64,000 nucleotides of DNA. Origin: a virus. A program made the position numbers and the translations under genes. Under the pieces are notes generated by a model that saw only the letters and a list, made by a program, of their open reading frames with translations, ran no database searches and was not told where the DNA came from. Shown here piece after piece: positions 48,204 through 56,524 of the stretch. The stretch is taken from positions 10,568 to 74,567 of IMG/VR virus record IMGVR_UViG_3300031707_000008. One strand, written 5' to 3'. The first letter of the stretch is position 1. Each line of letters opens with the position of its first letter.

Positions 48204-48720
48204 GAAAGTGGTTTTTGATCTGGAAATTTCCGTCAGTCCGGATGACGTTGGTGGGTGGAAGCATGATTTGTTGCCGGTTTCAGTTGCTGTGGTATCTGCT
48301 CTTGATGATACAAGGTATTTGGTATTTTTGGAACATCAAATGCCTGCATTGATTGATTTACTTTCGCGTGTAGAAGTAATTGGTTTTAACACGGAGGCTT
48401 TCGATTTTAACGTTTTAAGAAAATATGGGTTTGTTTCCCCCGGTGGATCGATTGATATGCTTGCTTACTTGATGAAGAATCTTACGCGTCGTGTTTCTCT
48501 TGCGCACTTATTGGAAGTGAACTTTTGTGATTGGCACAAGAAAGAAAAGGGGGAGGATGCCCCACGATTGTGGCAAGCCGGAGAAAAAACACGCGTAATT
48601 GAGTATTGTCGTGAAGATGTTCGTCAAACGAAAATGTTGTACTTGTTGGGGAGAGAACGGGGTTGGTTGTATGCACGTTACGGCGGATGGGATATCAAAA
48701 AGGTTGTAGTTGATTGGTAA
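48193..48720 (+). CDS. RNase H-fold DEDD exonuclease (YprB-like)
   Basis: VFDLE, GFNTEAFD, EYCREDV. Confidence 0.85.
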   Translation: MGFKKVVFDLEISVSPDDVGGWKHDLLPVSVAVVSALDDTRYLVFLEHQMPALIDLLSRVEVIGFNTEAFDFNVLRKYGFVSPGGSIDMLAYLMKNLTRRVSLAHLLEVNFCDWHKKEKGEDAPRLWQAGEKTRVIEYCREDVRQTKMLYLLGRERGWLYARYGGWDIKKVVVDW

Positions 48721-48731
48721 GGAGGCGTGGG

Positions 48732-48920
48732 ATGAAGGTAACAACCAAATTCATGGACAAGTTCAAAAACGAGAGTTTTACTGGCGAGATTGCTGAATGT
48801 TGTGGAAAGACATTGTTTGACGAATGCGGAAATGTAGATACGTTCGTCCTAAATGATTTTCTTGTACTACTCACAAAGGAATTAATAGAGATAAGGCGTG
48901 AAAGATACAAGGTGTTTTAA
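48732..48920 (+). CDS. Small hypothetical protein
   Basis: AAGGAGG SD. Confidence 0.5.
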   Translation: MKVTTKFMDKFKNESFTGEIAECCGKTLFDECGNVDTFVLNDFLVLLTKELIEIRRERYKVF

Positions 48921-49017
48921 GTTTCTTGATACGCGGGCGCGGAAGACATTGCTTAATAGATTTCAAATACGTACTCATCAAGGAAATCTTAACAAGACTT
49001 TTCGAAAGAGGTGAAAC

Positions 49018-49878
49018 GTGAAGTTGGCGTTTGAAGTGCCTTTAACTTGCTTGGAATTTTTTGAACCCTTAGAGGATTATGGTTTTGCTCTTTCGAAATA
49101 TGTTTTGTCGGATGCGAATTACGCAGCGTTTTTTCGTAAAAGGTCCCCCACGATTCTTGATTGTATGACGTATGAGGAAGGGGATTCTGGATCGTTCGAG
49201 TCCATTCTACAGGCAATTGACTTAATTGATCCGAGTGCAATTATCATTCCGGATACGTTGTACGAATGTGATAAGACAATCGAGAAGGGTCGAAATTTTA
49301 TTCAATTGTTAAAGAAGACGCAGTTGTGGAAAGGTCAATCATTGATTGGGGTGTTGCAAGGACGTACACCGGACGAATATATGAAGTGCTTGCACTTTTT
49401 TCGCTCGTACACGGACTTTTTCGCGTTACCTACTTCTCCTCGTATTGGGGAAGAGGCTGCCGAAGGGGTTTCACTCAAGGAACGTTTGGAGTTGCGTTCG
49501 GCTTTTCGCGCAAGAATTCTTCAACAATTAAGATTCGAGTCAGGAGAAAGTGTGCATTTGTTAGGAATAGACAACCCAATTGAGGTGAGTTTCTTCAAGG
49601 AATTTCCCTTTATTGTTTCTGCGGATACATCAAAACCGATCAAATATGGTTTTGCTGATATTATGTTTGAACCCCTACAAGGGTTACCTGAAGACGCATC
49701 ATTAAATGTTCGTAAGGATATGCTAGTTGAAGAATTGAATCGTGGGGCGCTATATCGTGCTGCTTATAACATTATCGTGATGCGTTATTGGTTGGGTGAG
49801 TCCTTTGATAGTGTGTTTGCAAAGTTATTGCGCTTGACTCGTGGGGCGTTTGTGTTTGGAAGGTCACCAGTCGCATGA
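49018..49878 (+). CDS. TGT-fold protein, candidate DNA base-exchange transglycosylase (DpdA-like)
   Basis: ILD, IIPD, GVLQG, VHLLG, SADTS in TGT order; adjacent to DNA polymerase; complete preQ0 pathway in window. Confidence 0.65.
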   Translation: MKLAFEVPLTCLEFFEPLEDYGFALSKYVLSDANYAAFFRKRSPTILDCMTYEEGDSGSFESILQAIDLIDPSAIIIPDTLYECDKTIEKGRNFIQLLKKTQLWKGQSLIGVLQGRTPDEYMKCLHFFRSYTDFFALPTSPRIGEEAAEGVSLKERLELRSAFRARILQQLRFESGESVHLLGIDNPIEVSFFKEFPFIVSADTSKPIKYGFADIMFEPLQGLPEDASLNVRKDMLVEELNRGALYRAAYNIIVMRYWLGESFDSVFAKLLRLTRGAFVFGRSPVA

Positions 49879-52382
49879 GTTTTTGTGGAAGATGCGAGTT
49901 ATGTAAGGGTTTACCCCCACAATTTCGCCATCCTACTGAAGGTGTTGGAAATCCTCATGCTGAAATAATGTTCGTAGGAGAAGCACCAGGTTATAACGAA
50001 ATGGTGCAAGGTCAACCCTTTGTGGGGAGAGCAGGGAAAGTCTTAGATAAAATGTTGTCTGTTATGGGGTTATGGCGCGCGGATGTTCGCCTTGAAAATG
50101 CAGTAAGATGCAAACCCCCCGACAATCGCGATCCGAACAAACATGAGATGGTGGCATGCAAACCCTATTTGGATGACACGATTGTGAAGTTAAAACCCAA
50201 GTTGATTGTTACTTTGGGGCACATTCCGTTGGAGACGCTTTTAGGTTTCAAGACAATTACTGCTGGTAGAGGTGTTCACAAACTCGAAGTTGAAAATCGT
50301 TCTGGTGAAAAACATGTTTGTTGGTGTTGCAGTACTTACCACCCCGCAGCCGTTTCTCGTAATTGGGGTTTGCTTGAATCAGTTTTGTGTGATATCGAAC
50401 GTTTTTTGACGTTTAAGGATCAACCAATTACTGCCTCCGTCCCGCCGTTCCAACCAATTTACCGAATTTTAACGGTGGAAGACATGGTGAAATTGGCTGC
50501 AACAACCACCGGAAGAATTTTTTCTCTCGATCTAGAAACGACAGGGTTTCATTGGAGACGCGATAAGATTTTATGCGCGGGTTTTTGTGATGTGGAGGTA
50601 TCTTTGCAAGAAATGGTTTACATTCTTCCTTTGCACGGATATGCTACTACAAAACTTTGCACAGAGTATTGGACGCCTGAAGATAAGGCAATTGTACTCG
50701 CTGCCTTCAAGAAGTTCTTGAGCAATAACCGTTTCTTTGGGCACAACATCAAGTTTGATTTTCGGTTTTTGTTAGCGCAATTGGGTGTCGAATTGGATAT
50801 TGAGTTTGACACCATGTTGGCACATCATACGTTAGATGAGAATTCACCCCACGATATTTATTATTGTGCTGCAACATATCTCGGAATCGATCGTTGGGAC
50901 AATAACTTGAAGGCTTACTTGCCAAATAGCAAAGTACCTTATAGTCGCGTTCCTAATGTGGTTTTGTGGGAGTACTTGTCGAAGGATGTTGCGTCATGCA
51001 AGTTGTTGCGTGAGGTTTTCTTGCGTCGCTTGAAAAAGGAAAATTTGCTCGATTTTTATAAAGAGTTTGTTGTCCCAATGATCACGGCCTTGGTGCATGT
51101 AGAGTCACGAGGAATTTTGCTTGATTTGAGTTTGCTTGATGTTTTGAGTGAACAACTGACAAGTGATATTGAAGATAAAACCGAACAGTTATTTAAGTTG
51201 ACGGGTAAATTCAATTACCGTTCGGTACAACAATTGCGCACAATTTTGTTCGAGCAATTGCATTTTCCTACTATTAAGAAAACGCCTACAGGCGCACCTA
51301 GTACAGACAAGGAGATTTTGGAAAGATATCAGAATTTAGACTTTTTCTGTAGTGGCGATAAGACGAGATTTCGTGAAGCAGCAAACGTTCCACGTTTGTT
51401 GCTTGAACTGAGAGGGCTCGAAAATGATTTGTCTCGCTTCAAGAGTGATGCTGGGTTGAAGGCAAGTGTTTGGGCGGATGGAAGAATTCACTCGAACTTT
51501 AACATTCATGGTACGCGTAATGGACGTTTGTCGAGTTCGGAACCCAACATTCATACATTACCTCGAGCGGGGGCTCTTGAGGGGATGGCAAGATTATTGT
51601 TTACTGCCCCCAAGGATTGGAAGATACTGGAGGCGGACTACTCCCAAGCCGAATTGAGAGTTGCTGCTTGGTTGTCACAGGATTACGCAATGTGTGAGAG
51701 TTTTAGAAACAAGAAAGATATTCATGTTCTCTCAGCGTCAGCGATGTACAACAAACCTCCTGAGGAAATCACTGACGACGAACGCTATCTTGCAAAGTTT
51801 ATCAATTTCGGTTTGTTGTACGGACGAGGTTATAAGTCACTTGCAGAACAATTTAAGGTGTCAGAACAACAAGCGCAAGAGTATATTGCACGCTACTTCA
51901 AATTGTATGAGGGTTTGAATCGGTGGATTGATGATTTACATGAGCATGCGAAGGCGTTGGGGGAATTGCGGAATGTCTTTGGAAGAAGGAGAACATTTCC
52001 TGGACACATTAGTGATGAAGAGTGGGAGTTGTCGGAAATTGAGAGGCAGGCCGTAAACTTCCCATGTGCATCAACGGTCTCGGATTGCATCACACGTTCG
52101 ACTATCATGTTAGACAAAGTTGGGAAACAACTTGGTTTGCGAGGCGGAATGACAATGAGTCTTCATGACTCAATTTTTATCGAGAGTCCGCCGGATGAAA
52201 TCCGTATATTTCTTAAACTGATCCGTTGCTTTATGTTGATACCTGTCAAAGGTGATTTTGCGATTCCCGTGGATGTGAAAATAGGTCCACGTTGGGGAGA
52301 TGCGGAAGAGAAGCATTCGTTCTCGGAAGGAGACTACATACCATGGTCGGTATTGAAGGAAGAACTCTTGCCGAGCAACTGA
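49875..52382 (+). CDS. polA: Family A DNA polymerase with N-terminal family-4 UDG domain and 3'-5' exonuclease
   Basis: CxxCxxC, VGEAPG, PFVG, YHPA; DLET, HNIKFD; GRLSS..PN, ADYSQAELR, R..AKFINFGLLYG, HDS. Confidence 0.95.
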   Translation: MSFCGRCELCKGLPPQFRHPTEGVGNPHAEIMFVGEAPGYNEMVQGQPFVGRAGKVLDKMLSVMGLWRADVRLENAVRCKPPDNRDPNKHEMVACKPYLDDTIVKLKPKLIVTLGHIPLETLLGFKTITAGRGVHKLEVENRSGEKHVCWCCSTYHPAAVSRNWGLLESVLCDIERFLTFKDQPITASVPPFQPIYRILTVEDMVKLAATTTGRIFSLDLETTGFHWRRDKILCAGFCDVEVSLQEMVYILPLHGYATTKLCTEYWTPEDKAIVLAAFKKFLSNNRFFGHNIKFDFRFLLAQLGVELDIEFDTMLAHHTLDENSPHDIYYCAATYLGIDRWDNNLKAYLPNSKVPYSRVPNVVLWEYLSKDVASCKLLREVFLRRLKKENLLDFYKEFVVPMITALVHVESRGILLDLSLLDVLSEQLTSDIEDKTEQLFKLTGKFNYRSVQQLRTILFEQLHFPTIKKTPTGAPSTDKEILERYQNLDFFCSGDKTRFREAANVPRLLLELRGLENDLSRFKSDAGLKASVWADGRIHSNFNIHGTRNGRLSSSEPNIHTLPRAGALEGMARLLFTAPKDWKILEADYSQAELRVAAWLSQDYAMCESFRNKKDIHVLSASAMYNKPPEEITDDERYLAKFINFGLLYGRGYKSLAEQFKVSEQQAQEYIARYFKLYEGLNRWIDDLHEHAKALGELRNVFGRRRTFPGHISDEEWELSEIERQAVNFPCASTVSDCITRSTIMLDKVGKQLGLRGGMTMSLHDSIFIESPPDEIRIFLKLIRCFMLIPVKGDFAIPVDVKIGPRWGDAEEKHSFSEGDYIPWSVLKEELLPSN

Positions 52383-52759
52383 ACGTACGTGCAGACGTAA
52401 AAATCTCGACGCGTGCGGAACTCGTTCACGAGTTAGCGGTTGTCCCAGCAGAATTTTATGCCGTGATTGGAGAATTGTCGGCTGCACGGCGCGCGTTGAA
52501 TCAAGCTAAACGTGACTTGAGAATATACGAGGGAGAGTCCGACTTGAAATCTCGTCGGCAACTAACTATTGGGAATTGGGCACCTTCTGATAAACAGGTG
52601 GATCGCGCAATTCAGGCAACTGTGCGTTGGCGAGAGTTGGATGAGCGATTCTCTAGTGCTCAAGAGTATACGAAGAGTCTTGAAGATTTGCGTGAGTTGT
52701 TGTTAATCAAAAAAGAGATGTTGCAATCCATTGGTGGACAATTACGTGGTGATGAGTAG
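52343..52759 (+). CDS. UvsY-like recombination mediator
   Basis: Helical ~138 aa, SDKQVDRAI...KKEMLQSIG..LR; near SSB and RecA. Confidence 0.55.
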   Translation: MVGIEGRTLAEQLNVRADVKISTRAELVHELAVVPAEFYAVIGELSAARRALNQAKRDLRIYEGESDLKSRRQLTIGNWAPSDKQVDRAIQATVRWRELDERFSSAQEYTKSLEDLRELLLIKKEMLQSIGGQLRGDE

Positions 52760-52783
52760 TTTTAACTTGTGAAGGAGGACGAG

Positions 52784-53050
52784 ATGGATAAGGCAACTAG
52801 GGCGACTCAGGTATCAGAGCAGGTGTGTGCGAATAGTTCCGTTATTGGCACGATTGAGCAACAAACAACAGAACTTTTCAAGAGGTTGAAGCCATTAATA
52901 CGTGATTGCCCTCCTCCACCCCCCTCCGGATCGGTGGACAAAGCGGAAGAAGTTTTAGTCGATCATGCCGCAACCCTAAAAGGAATGCACATGCGACTAA
53001 CGCTTATTAGTGAAACGCTCGATTCTATTATTGACCGGCTTGAATTTTAG
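52784..53050 (+). CDS. Small hypothetical protein
   Basis: AAGGAGG SD, 88 aa. Confidence 0.65.
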   Translation: MDKATRATQVSEQVCANSSVIGTIEQQTTELFKRLKPLIRDCPPPPPSGSVDKAEEVLVDHAATLKGMHMRLTLISETLDSIIDRLEF

Positions 53051-53066
53051 TAACGCAAGAAGGAAT

Positions 53067-53144
53067 TCTCGGCTTGTGGTGGTGCCACAGATGAAAACGG
53101 CATTACCTGATAGTGGCTTAACGGTAGCCGCCCGCGAGCCGAGA
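53067..53144 (+). ncRNA. Candidate structured RNA, copy B
   Basis: tctcggcttgtgg pairs with ccgcgagccgaga (two G-U); hairpins tggtgcc/ggcatta and gtggct/agccgc. Confidence 0.7.
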
Positions 53145-53159
53145 GAGAAGGAGGACGAG

Positions 53160-54050
53160 ATGGATCTCGAGAAGATTAAGAAGCGCTTCGGCGAATTGCA
53201 AACGGGGAGTTATTTCACTCCCAAGCCGGGGCAAAATCGCGTTCGTTTTTTGCCTCCCAAGGAACCGACGGATGTTTACTATCGTGAAGTATACGTCCAT
53301 TGGAACGTTGGGCCTGCTAAACAAATGGTATTGTGTTTGGCAAAGAGTCGTGGTCAAAGGTGTTTCATTTGTGAGCAGATTGCTGCGTTACGCGCAGTAA
53401 ATGATCCCGCACGCGCACCCCATTCGCAAGCACTTGCTGAAGACATGCAGGCGAATTATCGTGCGTATTACAACATCATCGATCTCGGTGGTGACGTTAG
53501 TAAACCCTTGGTGTTTTCTTCGGGTTCAACAATTTTCAAGGGGGTTATGGCATTCGTTGTGGATCCGGACTGGGGAGATGTCACGAATCCGCAGACTGGG
53601 TTCGACATGGTTATCGAGCGTCAAGGAACGGACATCAACACGGATTATACCGTTCGTGCCGTACGCGAACCATCTGCTTTAAAAGATATGTCGATTCTTG
53701 AGAAGATGCGTACGTTGGATGAAATCATCGCGGATTTCACATTTGATTACGAACAGCAAAAGGGGATTTTTGAGGGAACGGCTGGAAATACGCGCACACG
53801 CGCCGGGGCAACAGCTAGTGCGGCGCCTTTAAGTGCACCCACTAAGAGTGTGCCACCTCCAACTGCTGGCGTTTCTCAAGCATTGGGTTCACCTGTAGCG
53901 AGTACTGCATCAAATGATGAGATGAACGTGGATTGCTTCGGCAGGTTGTTCAAAGATGGTGACGAGATTTGCGATGCTTGCGGGAAGAAGGCCGAGTGCA
54001 AAGAAGTTATGTTCCCTAAACCGCAACGAAACGCGCGTGTATCGAAGTAA
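53160..54050 (+). CDS. gp32-like single-stranded DNA-binding protein
   Basis: NRVRFLPP, VHW, C..C.IC, YYNII, DVTNPQTGFD, TDY; start re-set to ATG 53160. Confidence 0.85.
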   Translation: MDLEKIKKRFGELQTGSYFTPKPGQNRVRFLPPKEPTDVYYREVYVHWNVGPAKQMVLCLAKSRGQRCFICEQIAALRAVNDPARAPHSQALAEDMQANYRAYYNIIDLGGDVSKPLVFSSGSTIFKGVMAFVVDPDWGDVTNPQTGFDMVIERQGTDINTDYTVRAVREPSALKDMSILEKMRTLDEIIADFTFDYEQQKGIFEGTAGNTRTRAGATASAAPLSAPTKSVPPPTAGVSQALGSPVASTASNDEMNVDCFGRLFKDGDEICDACGKKAECKEVMFPKPQRNARVSK

Positions 54051-54053
54051 CGT

Positions 54054-54208
54054 GTGAACAACTGGTAGGGACAGACTCGATTGAGGGTGGTTACAATGCG
54101 TAGACCACAAACGGAATATGGGCACGTTGTCGTCGGAAAGTGATACTCGGCGCATGGAAGCATCACTTGAATAACGCCAACCGGATACCGTACCGGCCAG
54201 TTGTTCAT
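54054..54208 (+). ncRNA. Candidate 155-nt multibranch structured RNA
   Basis: gtgaacaactgg/ccagttgttcat closing stem; gtggtt/gaccac, cgttgt/ataacg, aagtgat/atcactt, ccgg/ccgg. Confidence 0.6.
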
Positions 54209-54228
54209 GAAATTCGAGGTGTTAACTA

Positions 54229-54522
54229 ATGAATAAGCGAAAGTGGCATTATGTTAGTAAGCCAACGACTTTTGGAATTCGTTGCGACTTGTGCCACGGT
54301 GAAAACATATCGTGGTCTGAATTTGAACACATGATATGGTGCCATGATTGCCAGAAGGATACGTGTGGGACGGGCGGGATATTTGACGGACCAATTCTAA
54401 TTGAAACATGTAAGATGCTTGGGATTGTTTTCGATATATATGACATGGAAACGAATAGGGTAATACCCTTTCTTGATGGTGACAAAGAAAGTGATGAGTG
54501 GGGCAAGGTGGTGGGTACTTGA
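54229..54522 (+). CDS. Zinc-ribbon hypothetical protein
   Basis: CDLC...WSEF..IWCHDC, GIFDGPI. Confidence 0.6.
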   Translation: MNKRKWHYVSKPTTFGIRCDLCHGENISWSEFEHMIWCHDCQKDTCGTGGIFDGPILIETCKMLGIVFDIYDMETNRVIPFLDGDKESDEWGKVVGT

Positions 54523-55055
54523 ACGAGAAAGAAACCTTCTTGAAACCTGGAGAAGTTGTAAATCGTTTTCTCGAAGCTATTCGCTTGGGGAATCTTAGAA
54601 TGGCACTTAATTATTGCAGTCCTTCAGGACAAGCTATTTACAAGGATGACTTGCCAGGACTGCGACTCGTACTTGCAGACAGATTGCCCGGCTTTAGTTT
54701 TTTTCGTGTGGTCAAATTGCGCCGACGTGAACCTCTTATTAAGGTTTTAGTTGACTTGTACCGCGTGCGTGCGGATTTGCCAGAGAGTGCTGCTTGCGAC
54801 ACTTCGTTAGATGTTGCCATTAAATGCAAGTTGATTTTTTTCGTGAGACGCGTAATGTTTTCTTTGATTGATGAGTCATTTCCATGTATTACCAATTCGC
54901 GTTCACGTGGTGAGTTACCTTGTTGGGGTGTGATTCCACACACAATCGTCTCTGTGGAGGTGAAGAATGGGAAACTTGCAAAGAGGTGTTGTGATAACCT
55001 TGAAGATTTGTGTGAAGGAGAAGGACCCTCAAGCGACACTATCCTCGACAGTTGA
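54498..55055 (+). CDS. Hypothetical protein (start uncertain)
   Basis: 185-aa ORF tiling. Confidence 0.45.
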   Translation: MGQGGGYLNEKETFLKPGEVVNRFLEAIRLGNLRMALNYCSPSGQAIYKDDLPGLRLVLADRLPGFSFFRVVKLRRREPLIKVLVDLYRVRADLPESAACDTSLDVAIKCKLIFFVRRVMFSLIDESFPCITNSRSRGELPCWGVIPHTIVSVEVKNGKLAKRCCDNLEDLCEGEGPSSDTILDS

Positions 55056-55275
55056 ATGGCTTGATGGGGTGCATTTTGGATGTTCACAAGTTAGTATACC
55101 CCCACGATTACTCGTTGCTGGAAAGCGTTTCGAATTTCATAGAGGTGTCACACGTTTTTTGGAGTTAACATTGCGAAATATTTTTTACACGTTAAATATT
55201 CACCCGCAGGACGGGAATTCGGCTACGCGTACGAATTCGGAGGTTGTTTGTACTGAAAAAACCCACAACGGATAG
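54967..55275 (+). CDS. Hypothetical protein
   Basis: GGAGGTG SD before ATG 54967. Confidence 0.5.
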   Translation: MGNLQRGVVITLKICVKEKDPQATLSSTVEWLDGVHFGCSQVSIPPRLLVAGKRFEFHRGVTRFLELTLRNIFYTLNIHPQDGNSATRTNSEVVCTEKTHNG

Positions 55276-55321
55276 TGGTTTCCTTAAGGTTTGTTGCGCG
55301 AGATAGGAGGTTTGCGAGTAA

Positions 55322-55420
55322 ATGTATTACAGAGACAATGAACCGGGCGATAATCTCATGCTTTTCTTCCCCATTGCATTCGTGCTGCTGTTCGCCTTGG
55401 GTCTATTTCTTGGCCATTAA
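55322..55420 (+). CDS. 32-aa membrane peptide
   Basis: Manual translation MYYRDNEPGDNLMLFFPIAFVLLFALGLFLGH; AGGAGG upstream. Confidence 0.45.
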   Translation: MYYRDNEPGDNLMLFFPIAFVLLFALGLFLGH

Positions 55421-55457
55421 GGGTTAATAGCATTTGTATGGAAAGTGAGAAAAATTT

Positions 55458-56513
55458 ATGCGAGTGATTTGGTGCATTTTTTTCCTATTAATGATTTTGC
55501 CTTGTTTGTCTAATGCTAGAAATGCATTACTTGTTGTTGACCATACTTGTACGTATTTGAATCAAATTCCAATGCTGTGGATTGATTCAGCACAGAGTGT
55601 AATTAAATGGCATTACGCGACGACTTCTGATGGTGAGCAAATTCGATATGGACTGGACTCTCTTGAACTAGCTTTGCCTGTTTACAATGTAGAGTTGGGG
55701 AAGAAGTACTTGCCTTACGTACTCGATGCCTTAAATATCTTCTTCGGCAACGAGGGAACAACATATATCGAACCCCAACAATACTGGTCTACAACTACTG
55801 GTATGAATTTAACTCGTGCTGTCCTGCTTCACAATCCGCGGATAAATGTTTCAAGTTTTTCATGGTGTACTCAATTGTCAAGTGCAACTGAAGCATATGT
55901 TGATGCGTATCTTGATTCAATGACTGTTCTTGAGAATGAATTTCCAAACGTAACATTTGTCTACCAGACGAGTAATGCACGATCGGAAGGTGCGGCGAAG
56001 AATCGTTCCCTCAGAAACAAGCAGATTCGTGATTATTGTATTGCCAACAATAAGGTGCTTTTTGATTTTGAAGAACTCGATTGTTCTTGGTTCAACCCGG
56101 CAACACAAGAATGGGAATACTATATGATCTTGTTGAATGGTGTATATTATCCTGCACGCCATCCACAGTATTCTCTAAGTGAGGTTGTCGCACATACTAC
56201 TTGGACAAATTGTAAACAGAAGGCAAAGGCAACGTGGTGGATGATGGCATGTTTGGCCGGCTGGACCGGAACGACTACTGTGGATGTACCGCCAGTGACG
56301 CCTTCTTTGGAGATTTTTCCTAACCCATTTTCTTCTATTCTCAACATACGTGCATCTGATGAAGTAGATATTTTTGACGTAAATGGGCGCTTGGTTAATA
56401 AGATACACGCAGGTATTTGGCAGCCTGTAAATATGCAGGGTTTGGCGCTTACTTCGGGTGTTTACTATTTTAAGTGCGGAAATGTTGTGAAGAAGGGTGT
56501 TTTTCTCAAATGA
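55458..56513 (+). CDS. Secreted protein with T9SS type A C-terminal sorting domain-like tail
   Basis: Signal peptide; tail IFPNPF...IFDVNGRLV...W...G..LTSGVYY..KKGVFLK. Confidence 0.75.
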   Translation: MRVIWCIFFLLMILPCLSNARNALLVVDHTCTYLNQIPMLWIDSAQSVIKWHYATTSDGEQIRYGLDSLELALPVYNVELGKKYLPYVLDALNIFFGNEGTTYIEPQQYWSTTTGMNLTRAVLLHNPRINVSSFSWCTQLSSATEAYVDAYLDSMTVLENEFPNVTFVYQTSNARSEGAAKNRSLRNKQIRDYCIANNKVLFDFEELDCSWFNPATQEWEYYMILLNGVYYPARHPQYSLSEVVAHTTWTNCKQKAKATWWMMACLAGWTGTTTVDVPPVTPSLEIFPNPFSSILNIRASDEVDIFDVNGRLVNKIHAGIWQPVNMQGLALTSGVYYFKCGNVVKKGVFLK

Positions 56514-56524
56514 TGGGGGACAAA

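Larger units (their letters stand above)
52771..53165 (+). repeat. 19-nt direct repeat gaaggaggacgagatggat (52771-52789 and 53147-53165)
   Basis: Exact match spanning SD, spacer, ATG and codon 2 of two consecutive genes. Confidence 0.9.

Noticed and set aside
48719-48729. aaggaggcgtg shared with 4532-4542
   Set aside because: Mostly the SD consensus; too little independent information
49875-52382. UDG-PolA fusion as a novelty
   Set aside because: Architecture is known from SPO1-type phage polymerases
53010-53159. N-terminal extension of SSB as in ORF track (similarly 2614-2889 and 46933-46980)
   Set aside because: Better SD-start pairs lie downstream; the extensions overlap other genes or structured RNA
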